From Chiloscyllium plagiosum (taxonomy: Eukaryota), in the NCBI RefSeq assembly GCF_004010195.1, contig NC_057719.1, forward strand, positions 45,440,658 to 45,504,657: DNA of 64,000 nucleotides. The letters are read 5' to 3'. Positions 23,721 to 37,166 of this stretch are shown here, in pieces. Position 1 is the first letter of the stretch. Each line of letters starts with the position of its first letter. Both the position numbers and the translations under genes were made by a program. The notes beneath the pieces are model-generated. The model did not search any database. It had not been told where the DNA came from and saw only the letters and a program-made list of their open reading frames with translations.

Positions 23721-24499
23721 AACACTTCCTAGTACCTTATCATTAAGTGTGATTTGCCTTTCCCAAATGTAACACCTCACATTTATCTAAATTAAACTCC
23801 ATCTGCCACTCCTTGGCCCATCGGCCCATCTGATAAAGATTTTGTTGTACTCTGAGGTAACCTTCTTCTCTGTCCATTACACCTCCAATTTTGGTGTCAC
23901 CTGCAAACTAACTAATTATACTTCCTAGGTTCACATCCAAATTATTTATATAAATGCCAAAAATCAGTGGATCCAGCACCAATCATTGTGGCGCTCCACT
24001 GGTGACAGGCCTCCAGCCTGAAACCAACCCTCCACTACTCTCTATGGCTAGTTCTTCCAGTATTCCATATGATCTAACCTTGCTCACCAGTCTATGATTA
24101 GGAACCTGGTCGAAAGCCTTACTGATGTCCATATAGATCACATCCACTACTCTGCCCCCATCAATTCTCTTTGTTACTTCTTCAAAAAACTCAATTAAGT
24201 TTGTGAGACATGATTTCCCACATACAAAGCCATGTTGACTATCCCTAATCAGTCCTTACCTTTCCAAATACATGGAAATCCTGTCCCTCAGGATTCCCTC
24301 CAACAACTTGTCCACCACTGATGTCAGACGCACTGGTCCAAAGTTCCCTGGCTTTTCCTTACCACATAGTGGCACCACATTAGCCAACCTCTAGTATTCC
24401 AGCACCTCACCTGTGATAATTGATGATCCAAATATCACAGCAAAAAGCCCATCAATCACTTTCCTAGCTTCCCATAGAGTTTTAGGGTACATCTGATCA

Positions 24500-24646
24500 T
24501 GGTCGAGAGTGGGGTGCTTTCCTGATGAAGAGCTCTTGTCTGAAACGGCGATTCTCTTGCTCCTTGGATGCTGCCTGACCTGTTGTGCACTTCCAGCACC
24601 TCATTCATGACTCTGATCTCCAGCATCTGCAGTCCTCACTTTCTCC
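24500..24646 (+). mobile_element. Penelope pLTR insertion (family A) with degenerate hammerhead
   Basis: 12 bp TSD TACATCTGATCA at 24488-24499 and 24647-24658; CTGATGAAGAGCTCTTGTCTGAAAC. Confidence 0.88.
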
Positions 24647-26561
24647 TACATCTGATCAGGTCCTGGGGATTTATCCAACTTTATGCATTTTAAGACATCC
24701 ACCACCCTCTCCTCTGTAATATGGGCATTTTTCAAGTTGTCACCACCTATTGCCCCACATTCTATATCTTCCATCTCCTTCTCCACAGTAAACACAGATG
24801 CAAAATACCTGTTTAGTATCTCCCCCATCTCCTGCAGTCCCACACATAGGCAGCCTTGCTGATCTTTGAGGGGTCCTATTCTCTCCCTAGTTATTCTTTT
24901 ACCCTTCAGGTTTTATATCTCATATTCCATTTTTGCCCTCCTGATTTCCCTCTTAAGTATTTTCCTACAGACTTTACACTCTTCTAAGGATTCACTCGAT
25001 CTCTGCTGTCTATACCTGACATATGCTTCCTTCTTTTTCTTGACCAAAACCTCAATCTCTCTGGTTGTTCAGCTTTCCCTAAACCTACCTTTCACACCAG
25101 CAGGAACATATTGTCTCTGGACTCTCGTTATCTCATTTTTGATAGCTTCCCAATTTCCAGCCTTCCCTTTACCCACAAATATCCGCACCCAATCAACTTT
25201 TGAAAGTTCTTGCCTAATACCGTCAAAATTGGCCTTCCTCCAATTTAGAACTTCAACTTTCAGATCCTTTTTCATCACTATTTTAAAACTAATAGAATTA
25301 TGGTTGCTGGCTCCAAAGTGCTCCCTCACTGACACCTCAGTCACTTGTCCTGCTTTATTTCCCAAAAGTAGGTCAAGTTTTGCACCTTCTCTAGTAGGTA
25401 CATCCACATAATAAATCAGAAAATGCCCTGTACACACTTAACAAATTCCTCTCCATCTAAACCCTTAACACTATGACGATCCTAGTCCATGTTTGGAAAG
25501 TTGAAATCCCTGACCATAACCACCCTATTATTCTTACACATAACTGACATCTCCTTACAAATTTGTTTCTCAATTTCCAGCTGACTATTGGAGGGTGTCT
25601 ATAGCACAATCCAAATAAGGTAATCATCCCTTTCTTATTTCTCAGTTCCATCCAAATAACTTCCCTGGACACATTCCTAGGAATATCCTCTCTAAGTACA
25701 GCCACAATGTTATCCCTTATCAAAAATAGCACTCCCCACTCTCTCTTGTCCCCCTTTCTATCTTTCCTGTAGCATTTGTATCCTGGAACATTAAGCTGCC
25801 AGTCCTGTCCATCCTTGAGCCACGTCTCTATAAGTGCTGTGATATCCCAGTCTCTGTCCTTGACAAATATCATTATTTTCCAACACAGAGCACTATTTTT
25901 GTGAACATTTGAAGGAATATAGGATAGTCTATTCTCCTTCCTGGGCCTAGGTACAGTGAAGAGTATTAGAGATTCCCCATTATCACTCTAGCTGGGTTAG
26001 CTAACTGGACTGAACCACATGGCTATGAAATGTAAATAAATATATTAAGTCACTTGAGAGTCTGCTCAGCTGACAGTTGTAAAAATAAAAGCTAACTAGC
26101 ATGTTATCATTGGCATCAAAGATGTTATATAAAAACGTATAATGTGAAATGAAATGTGAAATCTAATCATTTATATCGTGCTACAACAATTGTTAGGAAA
26201 AAATGTTGGAATCTAAACATGTCACCTGACTCTGCAGGAGATATATAGTTCCCAGCTTTTGAAAATGTTTCAGAGACAGAACTCTCTTTAAGGCTTCATT
26301 GTCATTTAAAAAAAATAAGTAAATGAAATGCATGTGTCCTGTATATATCCATGAATGTTGTCCAACAGGTTACTGAAACTGATCTGTGATTCAGAATTGA
26401 ATGGTTTTGAATATAGCAATCCAGATTTGATGAATAAGTTTATACATAATTGTGAATGTGAATAAATGCATATGCATGTTTAAATAACATCTTGTGTGTA
26501 ACATTGAGACGAAATACAAGAAACATTTTAACTGTTGGCTGCCTGCTTAGTGCAGGTACAA

Positions 26562-26868
26562 TGAGTCGAAAGTGTGGTGTTGGAAAAGCACAGCAGGTCA
26601 GGCAGCATCTGAGGAGCAGGACAATCGATGTTTCGGGCATAAGCCCTTCATCAGGAATGAGACTGGGAGCCGAAGGGGTGGTGAGATAAATGGGTGGGGG
26701 TGGGGCTGGGGGGAAGGTAGTTGAGAAAGCGATAAGTAGATAAGGGTGAGGGAGAAGGTGATAAGTCGGAGAGGACGGAGGAGCAGATAGATGGGACAGG
26801 TCAGGAGGGTGGTGCCAAATTGGTGGATTGGGACTGGGATAATGTGGGGGGACAGGAAATGAGGAGGG
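26562..26868 (-). mobile_element. Penelope pLTR (family A) with intact-core hammerhead at 26624-26658
   Basis: Minus strand reads ATTC-CTGATGA-A-GGGC-TTAT-GCCC-GAAACATC-GATT. Confidence 0.85.
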
Positions 26869-26871
26869 CAG

Positions 26872-27850
26872 AGTACAGCAAGCTGGAATTATATAACACT
26901 CTCTGGAGTATACTGCCAGACACCACCAGAGTGTTTCAAACAATATGAAGCTTGTCTTCAGCAGGCCTATTGTCTGCTCCACCATGGACCTGATGGAAGA
27001 ACATGCTGCATAGTAACGACACTCTGCCTCAGTCAGGATATTGTACAATGGAGTCATGGCCGCAGAGGGTATGTCTTGTCTCCCAGTAACTATCCTTGTA
27101 AGACTTTGAACTCTCACACACAGCAGGAACATGAGAACTCTCAGGGATGTAGGATTGGTGATAGTTCCCAGGGTGCTAAGGCAAGCCTCTAAGAATTGGT
27201 AGGTAAAAACAATGACTGCAGATGCTGGAAACCAGATTCTGGATTAGTGGGGCTGGAAAAGCACAGCAGTTCAGGCAGTATCCGAGGAGCAGTAAAATCG
27301 ATGTTTCGGGCAAAAGCCCTTCATCAGGAATACAGGCAGAGTGCCTGAAGGGTGGAGAGATAAGTAAGAGGAGGGTGGGGGTGAGGAGAAAGTAGCATAG
27401 AGTACAATAGGTGAGTGGGGGAAGGGATGAAGGTGATAGGTCAGGGAGGAGGGTGGAGTGGATAGGTGGAAAAGAAGATAGCCGGAATTGGTACCAACGA
27501 TTACAGATTGATGAAATGGAACCCCTTTCCATTGATGAACTCAACTGTATTATAACATGGCCCTCTCAGAGAGATGTTTGAGCATTGGATGGCACACTGC
27601 ACCCAAGGAAAGCTAGCCTTTTTACCGAAACCCATTGCCTGGGCCACAGCACTGACCTTGTCATGGAGATTGAAATATAGTGGTGTGGTCTAGCACAAAT
27701 GATCCTGGTCATAGTCTTGATATATTGAGAGTAGTGCCTGAGATGTCCCACACACGTCCCCACTGGCCCCCTGAAACAGTCAGTCACATAAAAATTCAAA
27801 GTCACTGTTACTTTTATGGCCACAGGGATACGATGATCATTCTAGATTTT
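26872..27850 (-). mobile_element. PIF/Harbinger transposase relic, interrupted by a PLE pLTR
   Basis: Minus strand AIKVTVTLNFY, FINGKGFH and TEAECRYYAACSSIRSMVEQTIGLLKT resemble HARBI1-type DDE segments. Confidence 0.75.
27202..27484 (-). mobile_element. Penelope pLTR (family A) with intact-core hammerhead at 27297-27331
   Basis: TSD GAATTGGTA at 27193-27201 and 27485-27493; CTGATGA-A-GGGC-TTTT-GCCC-GAAACATC. Confidence 0.87.
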
Positions 27851-27994
27851 TACTCCCACCTTTCCTGGTCCATTGGGTTTACTGTGGATATTGATAACCC
27901 AAAACAATTCTAACAACAGAATATACCTAATGCTCTTTATTAAAGCAAAGTACAATACAAAAATAAAGTAAAACAACAATGCATCATAACCTTC

Positions 27995-28022
27995 ATCACC
28001 TGATGAAGGAGCATCGCTCCAA
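27995..28022 (+). mobile_element. Start of a family C PLE hammerhead running into an assembly gap
   Basis: CAC-CTGATGA-A-GGAGC-ATC-GCTCC followed by N. Confidence 0.65.
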
Positions 28023-28522
28023 NNNNNNNNNNNNNNNNNNNNNNNNNNNNNNNNNNNNNNNNNNNNNNNNNNNNNNNNNNNNNNNNNNNNNNNNNNNNNN
28101 NNNNNNNNNNNNNNNNNNNNNNNNNNNNNNNNNNNNNNNNNNNNNNNNNNNNNNNNNNNNNNNNNNNNNNNNNNNNNNNNNNNNNNNNNNNNNNNNNNNN
28201 NNNNNNNNNNNNNNNNNNNNNNNNNNNNNNNNNNNNNNNNNNNNNNNNNNNNNNNNNNNNNNNNNNNNNNNNNNNNNNNNNNNNNNNNNNNNNNNNNNNN
28301 NNNNNNNNNNNNNNNNNNNNNNNNNNNNNNNNNNNNNNNNNNNNNNNNNNNNNNNNNNNNNNNNNNNNNNNNNNNNNNNNNNNNNNNNNNNNNNNNNNNN
28401 NNNNNNNNNNNNNNNNNNNNNNNNNNNNNNNNNNNNNNNNNNNNNNNNNNNNNNNNNNNNNNNNNNNNNNNNNNNNNNNNNNNNNNNNNNNNNNNNNNNN
28501 NNNNNNNNNNNNNNNNNNNNNN
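28023..28522. other. Assembly gap (500 N)
   Basis: Run of N. Confidence 1.
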
Positions 28523-28691
28523 AATCAACTTCCCATTTGATAGTTGCACAGAACAATGCTGTAATTAAGCACTCTCTGATAAATAGCTTACATTATCATA
28601 TCTGATGTCCTGGCCTGTTTTAACAACCCCCAGCCTCTTAGCATCACTGTGACAATTTAGTTCTTTACTGTCAAGTTACAGTACATAATTT

Positions 28692-29018
28692 TGGGCAGCA
28701 CAGTGGTGAGTACTGTTGCCTAACAGCACCAAGGACCTGGGTTTGATTACAGCCTGGGTGATTGTCTGTGTGAAGTTTGCATGGTTGCCTCATGTCTGCA
28801 TGCTCTGGTTTCCCCCCTTAGTCCAAGATGTGCAGGTTAGGTGGATTTGCCATGCTAAAGTGTTCTATAATGTCCAGGGATGTGCAGGTTAGATGGATTG
28901 GCAATGGTAAACGCAGGGTTAAGGAATGGGGTGGGTTTGGGTAAGATGATGTTTGGAGGATCAGTGCAGAATCAATGGGCCAAATGACTTCTTTCCACAC
29001 TGTGGGGATTCTATGATA
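28692..29018 (+). mobile_element. HE1-type tRNA-derived SINE
   Basis: GGGCAGCACAGTGG (A box), GGGTTTGATT (B box), GATGTGCAGGTTAG core, CR1-like tail CCACACTGTGGGGATTCTATGAT. Confidence 0.8.
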
Positions 29019-29789
29019 ATTAAACACAGACACAGAAATAGATTAAAAGCAGTAATCATCTAGCCATTAACTTTTCAACAGAGCAGTCTCCATATGTTTC
29101 TTCTTCTAATTTCACTTAATTTCATTTTGGCTAACCCAGTAAATTTTAAGTTAATATCCATACTAGCCACCTAATGTTCCCTCTATACTGCACGGCTGTA
29201 CATGCAGCTGCTCCAATGTTCCACACACAATGATCAGTGTCAGCAGCACTGACAGAAGTCCCTGCCCTGCACATAGGCAAAAGCTGCATTCACTCCTTAA
29301 TGTTGCAAGTCCTACTCCAGAAATGGCAGAAGTCAGTCCACAATATCCTTTGACTGTGCCGACACTGTACCTCACTCATATGGAGCAAATGGTTTCAAGG
29401 ATGAAAGACTTATTATATCCTGAGGGGCCCTTCAGCTGCAACCTGTTCATATGGAGGCTGTTTGGGTTTAGCTGGAGGTTGATGCTGCTCATGGGCTTGA
29501 TGGCACATCAATTTTTCCTCTTACATTGCTCTGCATGTTGTTGCATTGCAACAACAGTGATGATCACATCTGTTATGACTGGATCCATCCATCATGTCTG
29601 CAATTACCCTAAATAGGAAGCAGATGAAACAGAACAGGTTCTTAGGCAATACTGATGGTGACCATGTATCACCACCAAAACCCTACCTCTCCACCCCACC
29701 CTGCAGAATCCAATGTTCTTCTATGCACTACTGGCTTCCTCTCAGGTATCAAATGTCCCCCCTTCACTATCCATGTCTACTGACTTCAT

Positions 29790-30520
29790 GTCTATGTTTA
29801 GTGAAAGGGGAATAATGTTTTATTAATTTATTAGAGTTCATCTGAGGAAGTAACAAGCAATTTGGATAAAACAGAACCAGTGGTTGTGATGTAATTGGAT
29901 TTGCAAAAGACACAGTAATACCTCAAAGGCTACTATGCAAAATAAAAGCTCATGGTGTAACGGTAACATGTGGCCTGTATAGAAAGTTAGGGAGCTGACA
30001 TGAAACAGAGTATGCATAAATGAGTCATTTTCAGTTTAGCAAGATGTAACAAGTGGAATCCCACAGGGATCAATGCTGACATAGTGTCTTCAAAGGAAAG
30101 GTTGGATAGGTTGAGTCTGTATCCATCGGAATTTAGAAGAATTAGGTATGGTCTTATTGAAATGTAAGATCTTGAGAGGACTTGAGTAGTTGTATATTGA
30201 ATATATATTGCCACTTGTTGGAGAGACTAGAACTAGAGGACACAGTTTAAAAGTAAATGTATCCCATTTAAGGTGGAGACAAGGAGACATTTTTTTCCTC
30301 TTAGAAGTTTATGTGCCTGTGGAACTCTTTTCACCAAAGAGTGGTGGAAACAAGGTCTTTAAATATTCTTAAAGCAGAGGTAGCTTCTTGAGCAACAAGT
30401 CAACAGTTGTATGCAGGAATAGGGAGATTAAGATGCAATCAGATCAGCCATTATTTTATTGAATGATAAAGCATAGTTAAGGGTGACTGAATATCTACTC
30501 CTGCTCCTAATTCATATATT
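29790..30520 (+). mobile_element. Degenerate CR1 LINE pieces
   Basis: PLVGETRTRGHSLK motif and a CR1 3' UTR-like end. Confidence 0.7.
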
Positions 30521-33500
30521 TGTGTATCCACATGTTCAGATGTCAAATCCAACATTAAAATGATAATGAAATAGATGTTTTAAAATGTCACTTGAAAGTG
30601 TTGAAACTATGATAGTGTATCAAATTGGAAAACATAATCGTTAGTTGTTCCCAATGTTTAACAATGTATAATCATAGCTCATCTAGGTTGGTGCTGGATA
30701 GGACAAGAGTGATCATGCGTCAGTAGAAGTGAGAATCCAGCAACAATAGAGGTTCAATTTTATTGGATTTGAGGCAAATTTTCGGACTACAAGGCAAGAT
30801 TGCAAAACTCAAATTATTGGACTGAGTTTGAACAAAAAACAATTGCGGACTCTTAACAGTAACTCCACAAATGTCTTTCTCAGATAATATGGGAAACATT
30901 TCATAATTTGAAATAATTCCCAGAATCAAAATGGAATACAAAGGAAAGTTAGTGTACTCTACAATGAAAAATGTATTGAAAAAATGGCTTTGGTTGACAA
31001 AGATTGAAAATCTACAAGTGTGTCCAAATTGGTGTTTTTAGTTATTCCACAAACAAGTTCCTTATGCTGGTCTTGGCCTCTAGAGGGTGTGGGAGAATAA
31101 TGTTCTCAAGATCTCCTTACTCAGCATTATATAATTGTCTGCTTTCAATTTTTTCTCTGGCTGATAGCATTCAAAATGATTCATGCAGGCAACCTCTTCA
31201 ATCAAAATACATCATAAAATCAAATTTTGTGCGGTTCTGGGAATATTTTAGTATTTGAACAATCAGAGGCCTCCTCAGCCAGTGCAGTTAAAGCTATATT
31301 GAGGTCAGTATGAATTTCCTTTGATACAAATACTCAAAGAAGCTAAAAATCCAAAGTACCTGAATTCCCAAAGTGTAAGTGTCAGATATTTCCCCCTGCA
31401 TCTCTTTTATGAGTTTTCTGAGAGGTTTTTCAAGTTAAATATCTAAGGTGAATGCAAAGTCTTCTAAGAGTGTATCTGAATAACCTGCCTGTTCCAGAAA
31501 GCCATTAAATGTGACATAGTCAGGCAAGGGAGCAGAACCTGTTGTAAGGCAAAGTGCTGGACTCTGTACGACCAAATTGCATGGCTTACCTGGTTTGAAA
31601 GAAACAAAGAGATGAGAAAACAAATTACCTGGCATGTTTGCAGTCAATGCTGAAATTCAGGCCTAAACTCCAAGATAGGCTCATGAAGGCTGAGAAATTA
31701 CAGTGCTCCAAACCAACACTTCTGTGACAGGTGTGTCTCATTGTACTATTGTGTGTTGGTTTAGAGTTGTTCGAGACTCTGGGCTAGAGTTTCCTCCTGA
31801 GGGAGGGAAATAGGAATTGTGAATGGTTTTGGAGCCAGAAATTGTTTCTAGGCAAAACAGTCTTCACAGGACCCCCCCACTTAATTGGCCTGAAGACAGG
31901 TTCATTGCCCAGTTAAGGGAAGTGCTAGAGAACCAATCAAAAGGTGTCCAGCTTGAGAGAAGCTGCAACCTGTGATGACAGATTGTTTCTTCAATATGGA
32001 GGTATTTTCTCACAACATTAATTCAAGCAATCTTACACCCAGCCATCACAGTAGGTGGAGTGAATGGAGGAGCACAGTGACAAGTGCCTGCTCTCATACT
32101 ATTGTGAGCCTGTAGACCCGGATGGAATCTTGGCACCCTGGCCTCGTGAAGGTGGTTGCCTTCTGACATCCAAACTAGCCCCTGATGGTACAGGCAACTG
32201 AAGAATCACTAGAAAATTCAATTTCACTTCATTTAATGTAGGAAACAATGTTAATAATGGGTGTGATCAGCCACCCATTTGGTGGAGGCAGGCAGCCCTG
32301 CCAGCTGTGGAAAAAGTTTTGATGTCGGGAACACCTATGGGAAATCAATATTCCAACTGGTGCTGGGATTTCCTCATTGGCCTCTGTTCTCACCCCCAAA
32401 GAGGTATAAGCCCTCATCCTTTATGTCTTGTAAGTCTTTGTAATCACTCTGAGGGAATGCAGAATTCAAAGCAGTGGGACTCCGGTCAATTTGTGGTTCA
32501 TTTTCCAAAACTATAGTGGGAATATGGCTTTATGTTTCAGCTCTCATCTTATTATTTCATTATAAACAAAATTAATAACCTCATTTATTGGTTTAGAAAG
32601 TAACTAGTTGGCTCGTTATCAAATTGTTCGACATGATTTCCAAACATGTTTCAGTTTTTTCTAACAGACATTCTTCTATTTTATTTTTAAGAATCTTTTT
32701 ATGAAATAATTGTTAAATCACTGAATTATATTTCTTTTGCCAGTTCTCTTTTTTTTAATGTCACACGTGCCTAGATACTGTTTGTAAATAATTTGCTGTG
32801 GCGGTGGGAACCAGTGAGCAAGTATGACTGAACCCAAAATAGCAGCAATGGCCTTGCTTTAATCTCCCAGTTTCTGCAGGGCTGATTGTAGCCACACTGT
32901 AATTAGCTTTGTCCCTGCAGAATAAAATAACAAGATTCATCAGAATTCCCAGAGCTCACTCGTAGCTAAAATGTTATGAGCTGAATGCTCCTCAATTTAA
33001 CGTTCAACTGACTTTTTAACCAATACACTGTGCTCAGAATCATAGAATGCAACTGCACAAAAATGGCAAGACAAGTCCATCTATTCTGCATTTGTGCTTC
33101 CCACCACATCAAGTTGCTTTGAACGCAAATATTCTGACTTGACCAAATTTAACCACTTCAATTCACTTTATATCTGAATCCAAAGGAAGGAGCCTATTTC
33201 AGATCTATCAGTGTCTCAAGTGAATTTTTCACTTTTTTTCACATCTTTTGAATTTGACTATACAAATATAGTGCAATTGTATTTTCTTCACATATGTACA
33301 TCTGAACGCAAACACAGAAGCAGCCTGAGAAGAGCAGAAAATTCTGGAAGGATTGCGACACCAACAACTATTTCATTTTCTGGGAGAGATGATACTCTAT
33401 AATAGTCAAGGCCAATTAAGGGTTAGAACTTCAAAATTGCAGCCCTCCAGGGATCAATTTGGTCTCAGCTATCTATAATTCATATCAATAGCTTCAAAGA

Positions 33501-34139
33501 GGGAATAAGCTTGCTGATAATACAAATCTAATATGAAAGAACTTGTGTGCATGAGATATAAAGTGATTGGCAAGAAGATAGAAAAAAGAGTGGAGAAGTG
33601 TTAAACACTGGCATAAATATTGAAAAGTAGGATATCTTGAGTGAATGATAGTATCATTTAGGATTTGTGGTCCTTGTAAACAGATCACAGAAAGGTAACA
33701 TTTAAATGTACTAAGAAATTTTGAAGGCTAATGTTAGTTTTTCTTGCAAGAGGGCTGGAATAAAGAAGTTTCGCTGAAGCTATGTTGGGTTTTGGTGAAA
33801 CCACATCTGAATGACTTCTGATGGCAGGATCCTGCTATTCTGTTGGGAACAGGCAGTGACGGCAAGCATTCATTAAATGTTTTCCTGGATAGAGATGGTT
33901 TTCTTATCAGGAAGGAGGGATTGGGTAGAATGCTTTAATTTATTCCTTCATGGAATATGGGCATCCCTAGCCAGGCCAACATTTATTACCCATTCCTAGT
34001 TGTCCACAGGTTAATTAAGGGTCAACCACATTGCTGTGGGTCTTGAGTCACAGGTAAGAACAGCTGTTTCCTTCCTTAAAGGACATTAGTGAACCAGACG
34101 TATTTTTCTGACAATCGACAATGTTTTCGTAATTTCGAT

Positions 34140-34468
34140 TATTAGATTAGATTAGGTTCCCTACAGTGTGGAAACAGGCCCTTCAGCCCAACAAGTCCAC
34201 ACCAACCCTCCGAAGAGTAACCCACCCAGACCCATTTCCCTCTGATTAATGCATCTAACACTATGGACAACTTAGCATTGCCAATTCACCTAATCTGCAC
34301 ATCTTTTTTGGACTGTGGGAGGAAACCTGAGCACCCAGATGAAACCCACTCAGAGACACAGGGAGAATGTGCAAACTCCACACAGACAGTCATCCAAGGC
34401 TGAAATCGAACCTGGGACCCTGGTGCTGTGTGGCAGCAGTGCTAACCACTGAGCCACCGTGCCGCCCA
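34140..34468 (-). mobile_element. HE1-type SINE, well preserved, with (TCTAA)n tail
   Basis: Minus strand starts GGGCGGCACGGTGGCTCAGTGGTTAGCACTGCTGCC...GGTTCGATTTC (A and B boxes). Confidence 0.9.
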
Positions 34469-34674
34469 ACTATGAATCAATAGATTTCTAATTCCAAATA
34501 TTTATTGAATTCAAATTCCATGATCTGCCATGGCAGAATTTGAATCCAGGTCCCCAGAATATTACCAAGATGTCTAGATGAATAATCCAATTAAAATACT
34601 TCTTTCACACATGTCTCTATACCTTGAAAGAACTAAATGTGACTTAACTGATACGTTGAAAATTCTTGGTGGGT

Positions 34675-34795
34675 TAGAACATAGAACATAGAACATAGAA
34701 GAATACAGCGCAGTACAGGCCCTTTGGCCCTCGATGTTGCGCCGATCCAAGCCCACCTAACCTATACTAACCCACTATCCTCCATATACCTATCC
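34675..34795 (-). mobile_element. Short CR1 3' end with (ATAGAAC)n tail
   Basis: TAGAACATAGAACATAGAACATAGAA followed by CAGGCCCTTTGGCCC; resembles 57590-57655 in reverse. Confidence 0.85.
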
Positions 34796-35314
34796 AGTCT
34801 CTCATCATTGACAGAGTAAATGATGAGAGACTATTCTCCCTGCCTGGACAGTCTAGAACTCGGAGTTGTAGTGTTGGAATAAGGATTCAGCCCTGTTAGG
34901 ACTGAGGTGTGGAAGAATTATTTGCTCAGTTGATTGTAAATGTTAAGAATTATCTACTCCCGAAGGCCCTTGATACTCAGTTGATGAGTATATTGAAGAC
35001 TCAGATCAAAAGGAACCAATGTATAATGCCAGAAAATTGATGTTCAGCCATGATCTCATTAAACATCCGAGAAGGCATGAGGGGAAGACACAACTGACTT
35101 CTATATCCATATCTTATGTTCTTATTTTAAAACTCAGTACAAAAAAAAATTGCGTTGATTACTTTTACCATTTTATTGGCACTGATTTTTATTTTGCTTA
35201 TAGTTATAAAATAAACCCATGAATGACTCATTCCATTCCAACTTGCACTTCAAAAGAAGGAATGTGTTCATCTTTTCCCAAAGAACTATGTCTCTGTGAT
35301 CTCTATAGATAGTG

Positions 35315-37166
35315 GTAAAAATCACACAACATGAGGTCCAACAGGTTTATTTGTAAGTACTAGCTTTCAGAGCACTGCTCCTTCATCAGGTAACTAGAGG
35401 GGCAGGATCACAAGACACAGAATTTATAGCAAAAGATCAATGTCATGCAATTAAAATGATATATTAAGCAAACCTAGACTGCTGTTAAGTCTTCCATCTT
35501 TTAGAATGGTTGCAGGTTTCAGTTCATTAATATGTAAATCCCAGAACTTCTTCTAAATCATATTCTTGAGATAACTTAAGGTTTTATATTTTAAAAAAGT
35601 GACATCTCAGCTTAGACAATGTATTAAAGGTGTGAGGTTAGAATCTGTCTGTATCCCAATCTTGAGTCAGACTCAAGTAGGAGTCTTGAGTCAGACTCAA
35701 CTCCAAATTGGGAGTTTATAAAAAGTCACATGGATTAACTGCCTGCATTGGCAGCTTGCAGGTTGTGTGCTTTTTGAGCAAAAATAGAATGCATCTGCAA
35801 ATACAAATTCACCCTATAGAATTGTGTGTGTGTGTGTGTACATGTGAGGGAGAGAGATTGTGAGTGTGTGCTTGTGAGTGTGAGTGCACATGAGAGATTG
35901 TGTGTTTGCGTGGGTGTGGGGGGTATATGTGTGTGTGTGTCTGAGAGAGCGTGCGTATGAGGGAGGGTCTGCGTGAGTGTGTAAGTATGTAAGAGTGTGT
36001 GTGTGTATACAATGTAGTGAGGTCACCTATAATGTAACGGTGGTATCCATGTGGATGCCATCATTACATGTGGGGATATTACCCACCATGCAAATGGCAG
36101 GTACTCATGTGACTTGGCCAACTTGTCTATCTCATACACTATAGGAAAGGATGCCCAAGGCATGTTATATTGGCGAGACCATGCAGAGGCTACGATAATA
36201 GATGAATGGACACCATGCAACAATCACCAGACAGGAATGTTCCCTCCCAGTCGGTGAACGCTTCAGCGGTCAGGGACGTTTGGCCTCAGATCTTTGGGGG
36301 ACAGGCAACAATGCAAAGTGGCCAAGCAGAGGCTTATAGCCGAGTTCAGTACCCATGAGGACGGCCTTAACTGGGACTTTGGGTTTATGTCACACTACAG
36401 TTGACCCCACTACTCTGTACACTTTCTCACACACACACAAGCAGACATACGCATACACATTCTTACATACTCACTCACTCATGCAGACCCTCTCTCGTAC
36501 ATTCGCTCTCTCAAACTCACACATATACACACCCCCATACTCACACCCACGCACAAGTTTGTACGCTGTCACACTCACGCACACACTCTACCAAGCATGC
36601 ACACACACACACTCTCTCATGTACACTCACTCTCACACTCATGTGCACACGACTATGCACACACACACACAAGGCGATGGGGTGAATTTGCATTTACAGA
36701 GCTGTATTTGCAGATACATTTTAGCACACAACCTGCAGGCAGTCAATGCAGACAGTCAATCTATATTTTATAAATTCCTGCTTTGGAGATAGAACCAGTC
36801 TGACGTAAGATTGGGATACAGACAGATTCTAACCGCACACCTTTAATACATTGTCTGAGCTGAGATGTCACTATTTTTTATAAAACCTTAAGTTATCTTG
36901 AGAATGTAACTTTTAAAAAGTTCTGGGATTTATATATTAATGAACTGAAGCCTGCAACCCATTCTAAAAGATAGAAGACTTAACAGCAATCTAGCCGAAT
37001 ATATCTTTTTAATTGCATAACACTGTGATCTTATGATCCTGCCCCATAGTTACCAGATGTAGGAGCAGTGTCCTGAAAGCTAGTAGTTCCAAATAAACCT
37101 GTTGGGACTATAACCTGGTGGTGTGTGATTTTTAACTTTGTCCAACACTGGCACATCCAGATCACA
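35315..37166 (+). mobile_element. Penelope-like element (Neptune-type, family C): inverted pLTR, GIY-YIG remnant, pLTR
   Basis: TSD TCTATAGA(T/C)AGTG at 35302-35314 and 37167-37179; ~700 bp inverted arms (35316-~36030 and ~36390-37134) with CA/TG-rich tracts; centre encodes GRYSCDLAN..YIGETMQRL...SLPVGERFSGQG...HEDGLN. Confidence 0.9.
35357..35393 (-). ncRNA. Minimal hammerhead ribozyme motif (family C), core intact
   Basis: TAC-CTGATGA-A-GGAGC-AGT-GCTCT-GAAAGCTA-GTA with stem I TAC/GTA. Confidence 0.75.

Larger units (their letters stand above)
22770..25858 (-). mobile_element. Long CR1 LINE (endonuclease to 3' end) interrupted by two PLE insertions
   Basis: Minus-strand ORFs DITALIETWL..RKDR (APE endonuclease), PTREGAKLDLLL, LNRYFASVFT, and RT C-terminus. 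Confidence 0.95.

Noticed and set aside
27842..28605. Long ORFs around the first gap
   Set aside because: Artefacts of translating N runs.
29160..29500. Further Harbinger transposase N-terminal relic (minus strand LHMSEVQCRH)
   Set aside because: The match is too short and degenerate to call.
34400..34468. tRNA gene
   Set aside because: The tRNA-like head continues into a SINE body and LINE-like tail, with multiple diverged copies in the window.
35809..36792. His/Thr-rich ORFs
   Set aside because: Translations of CA-rich low-complexity tracts in the PLE arms.
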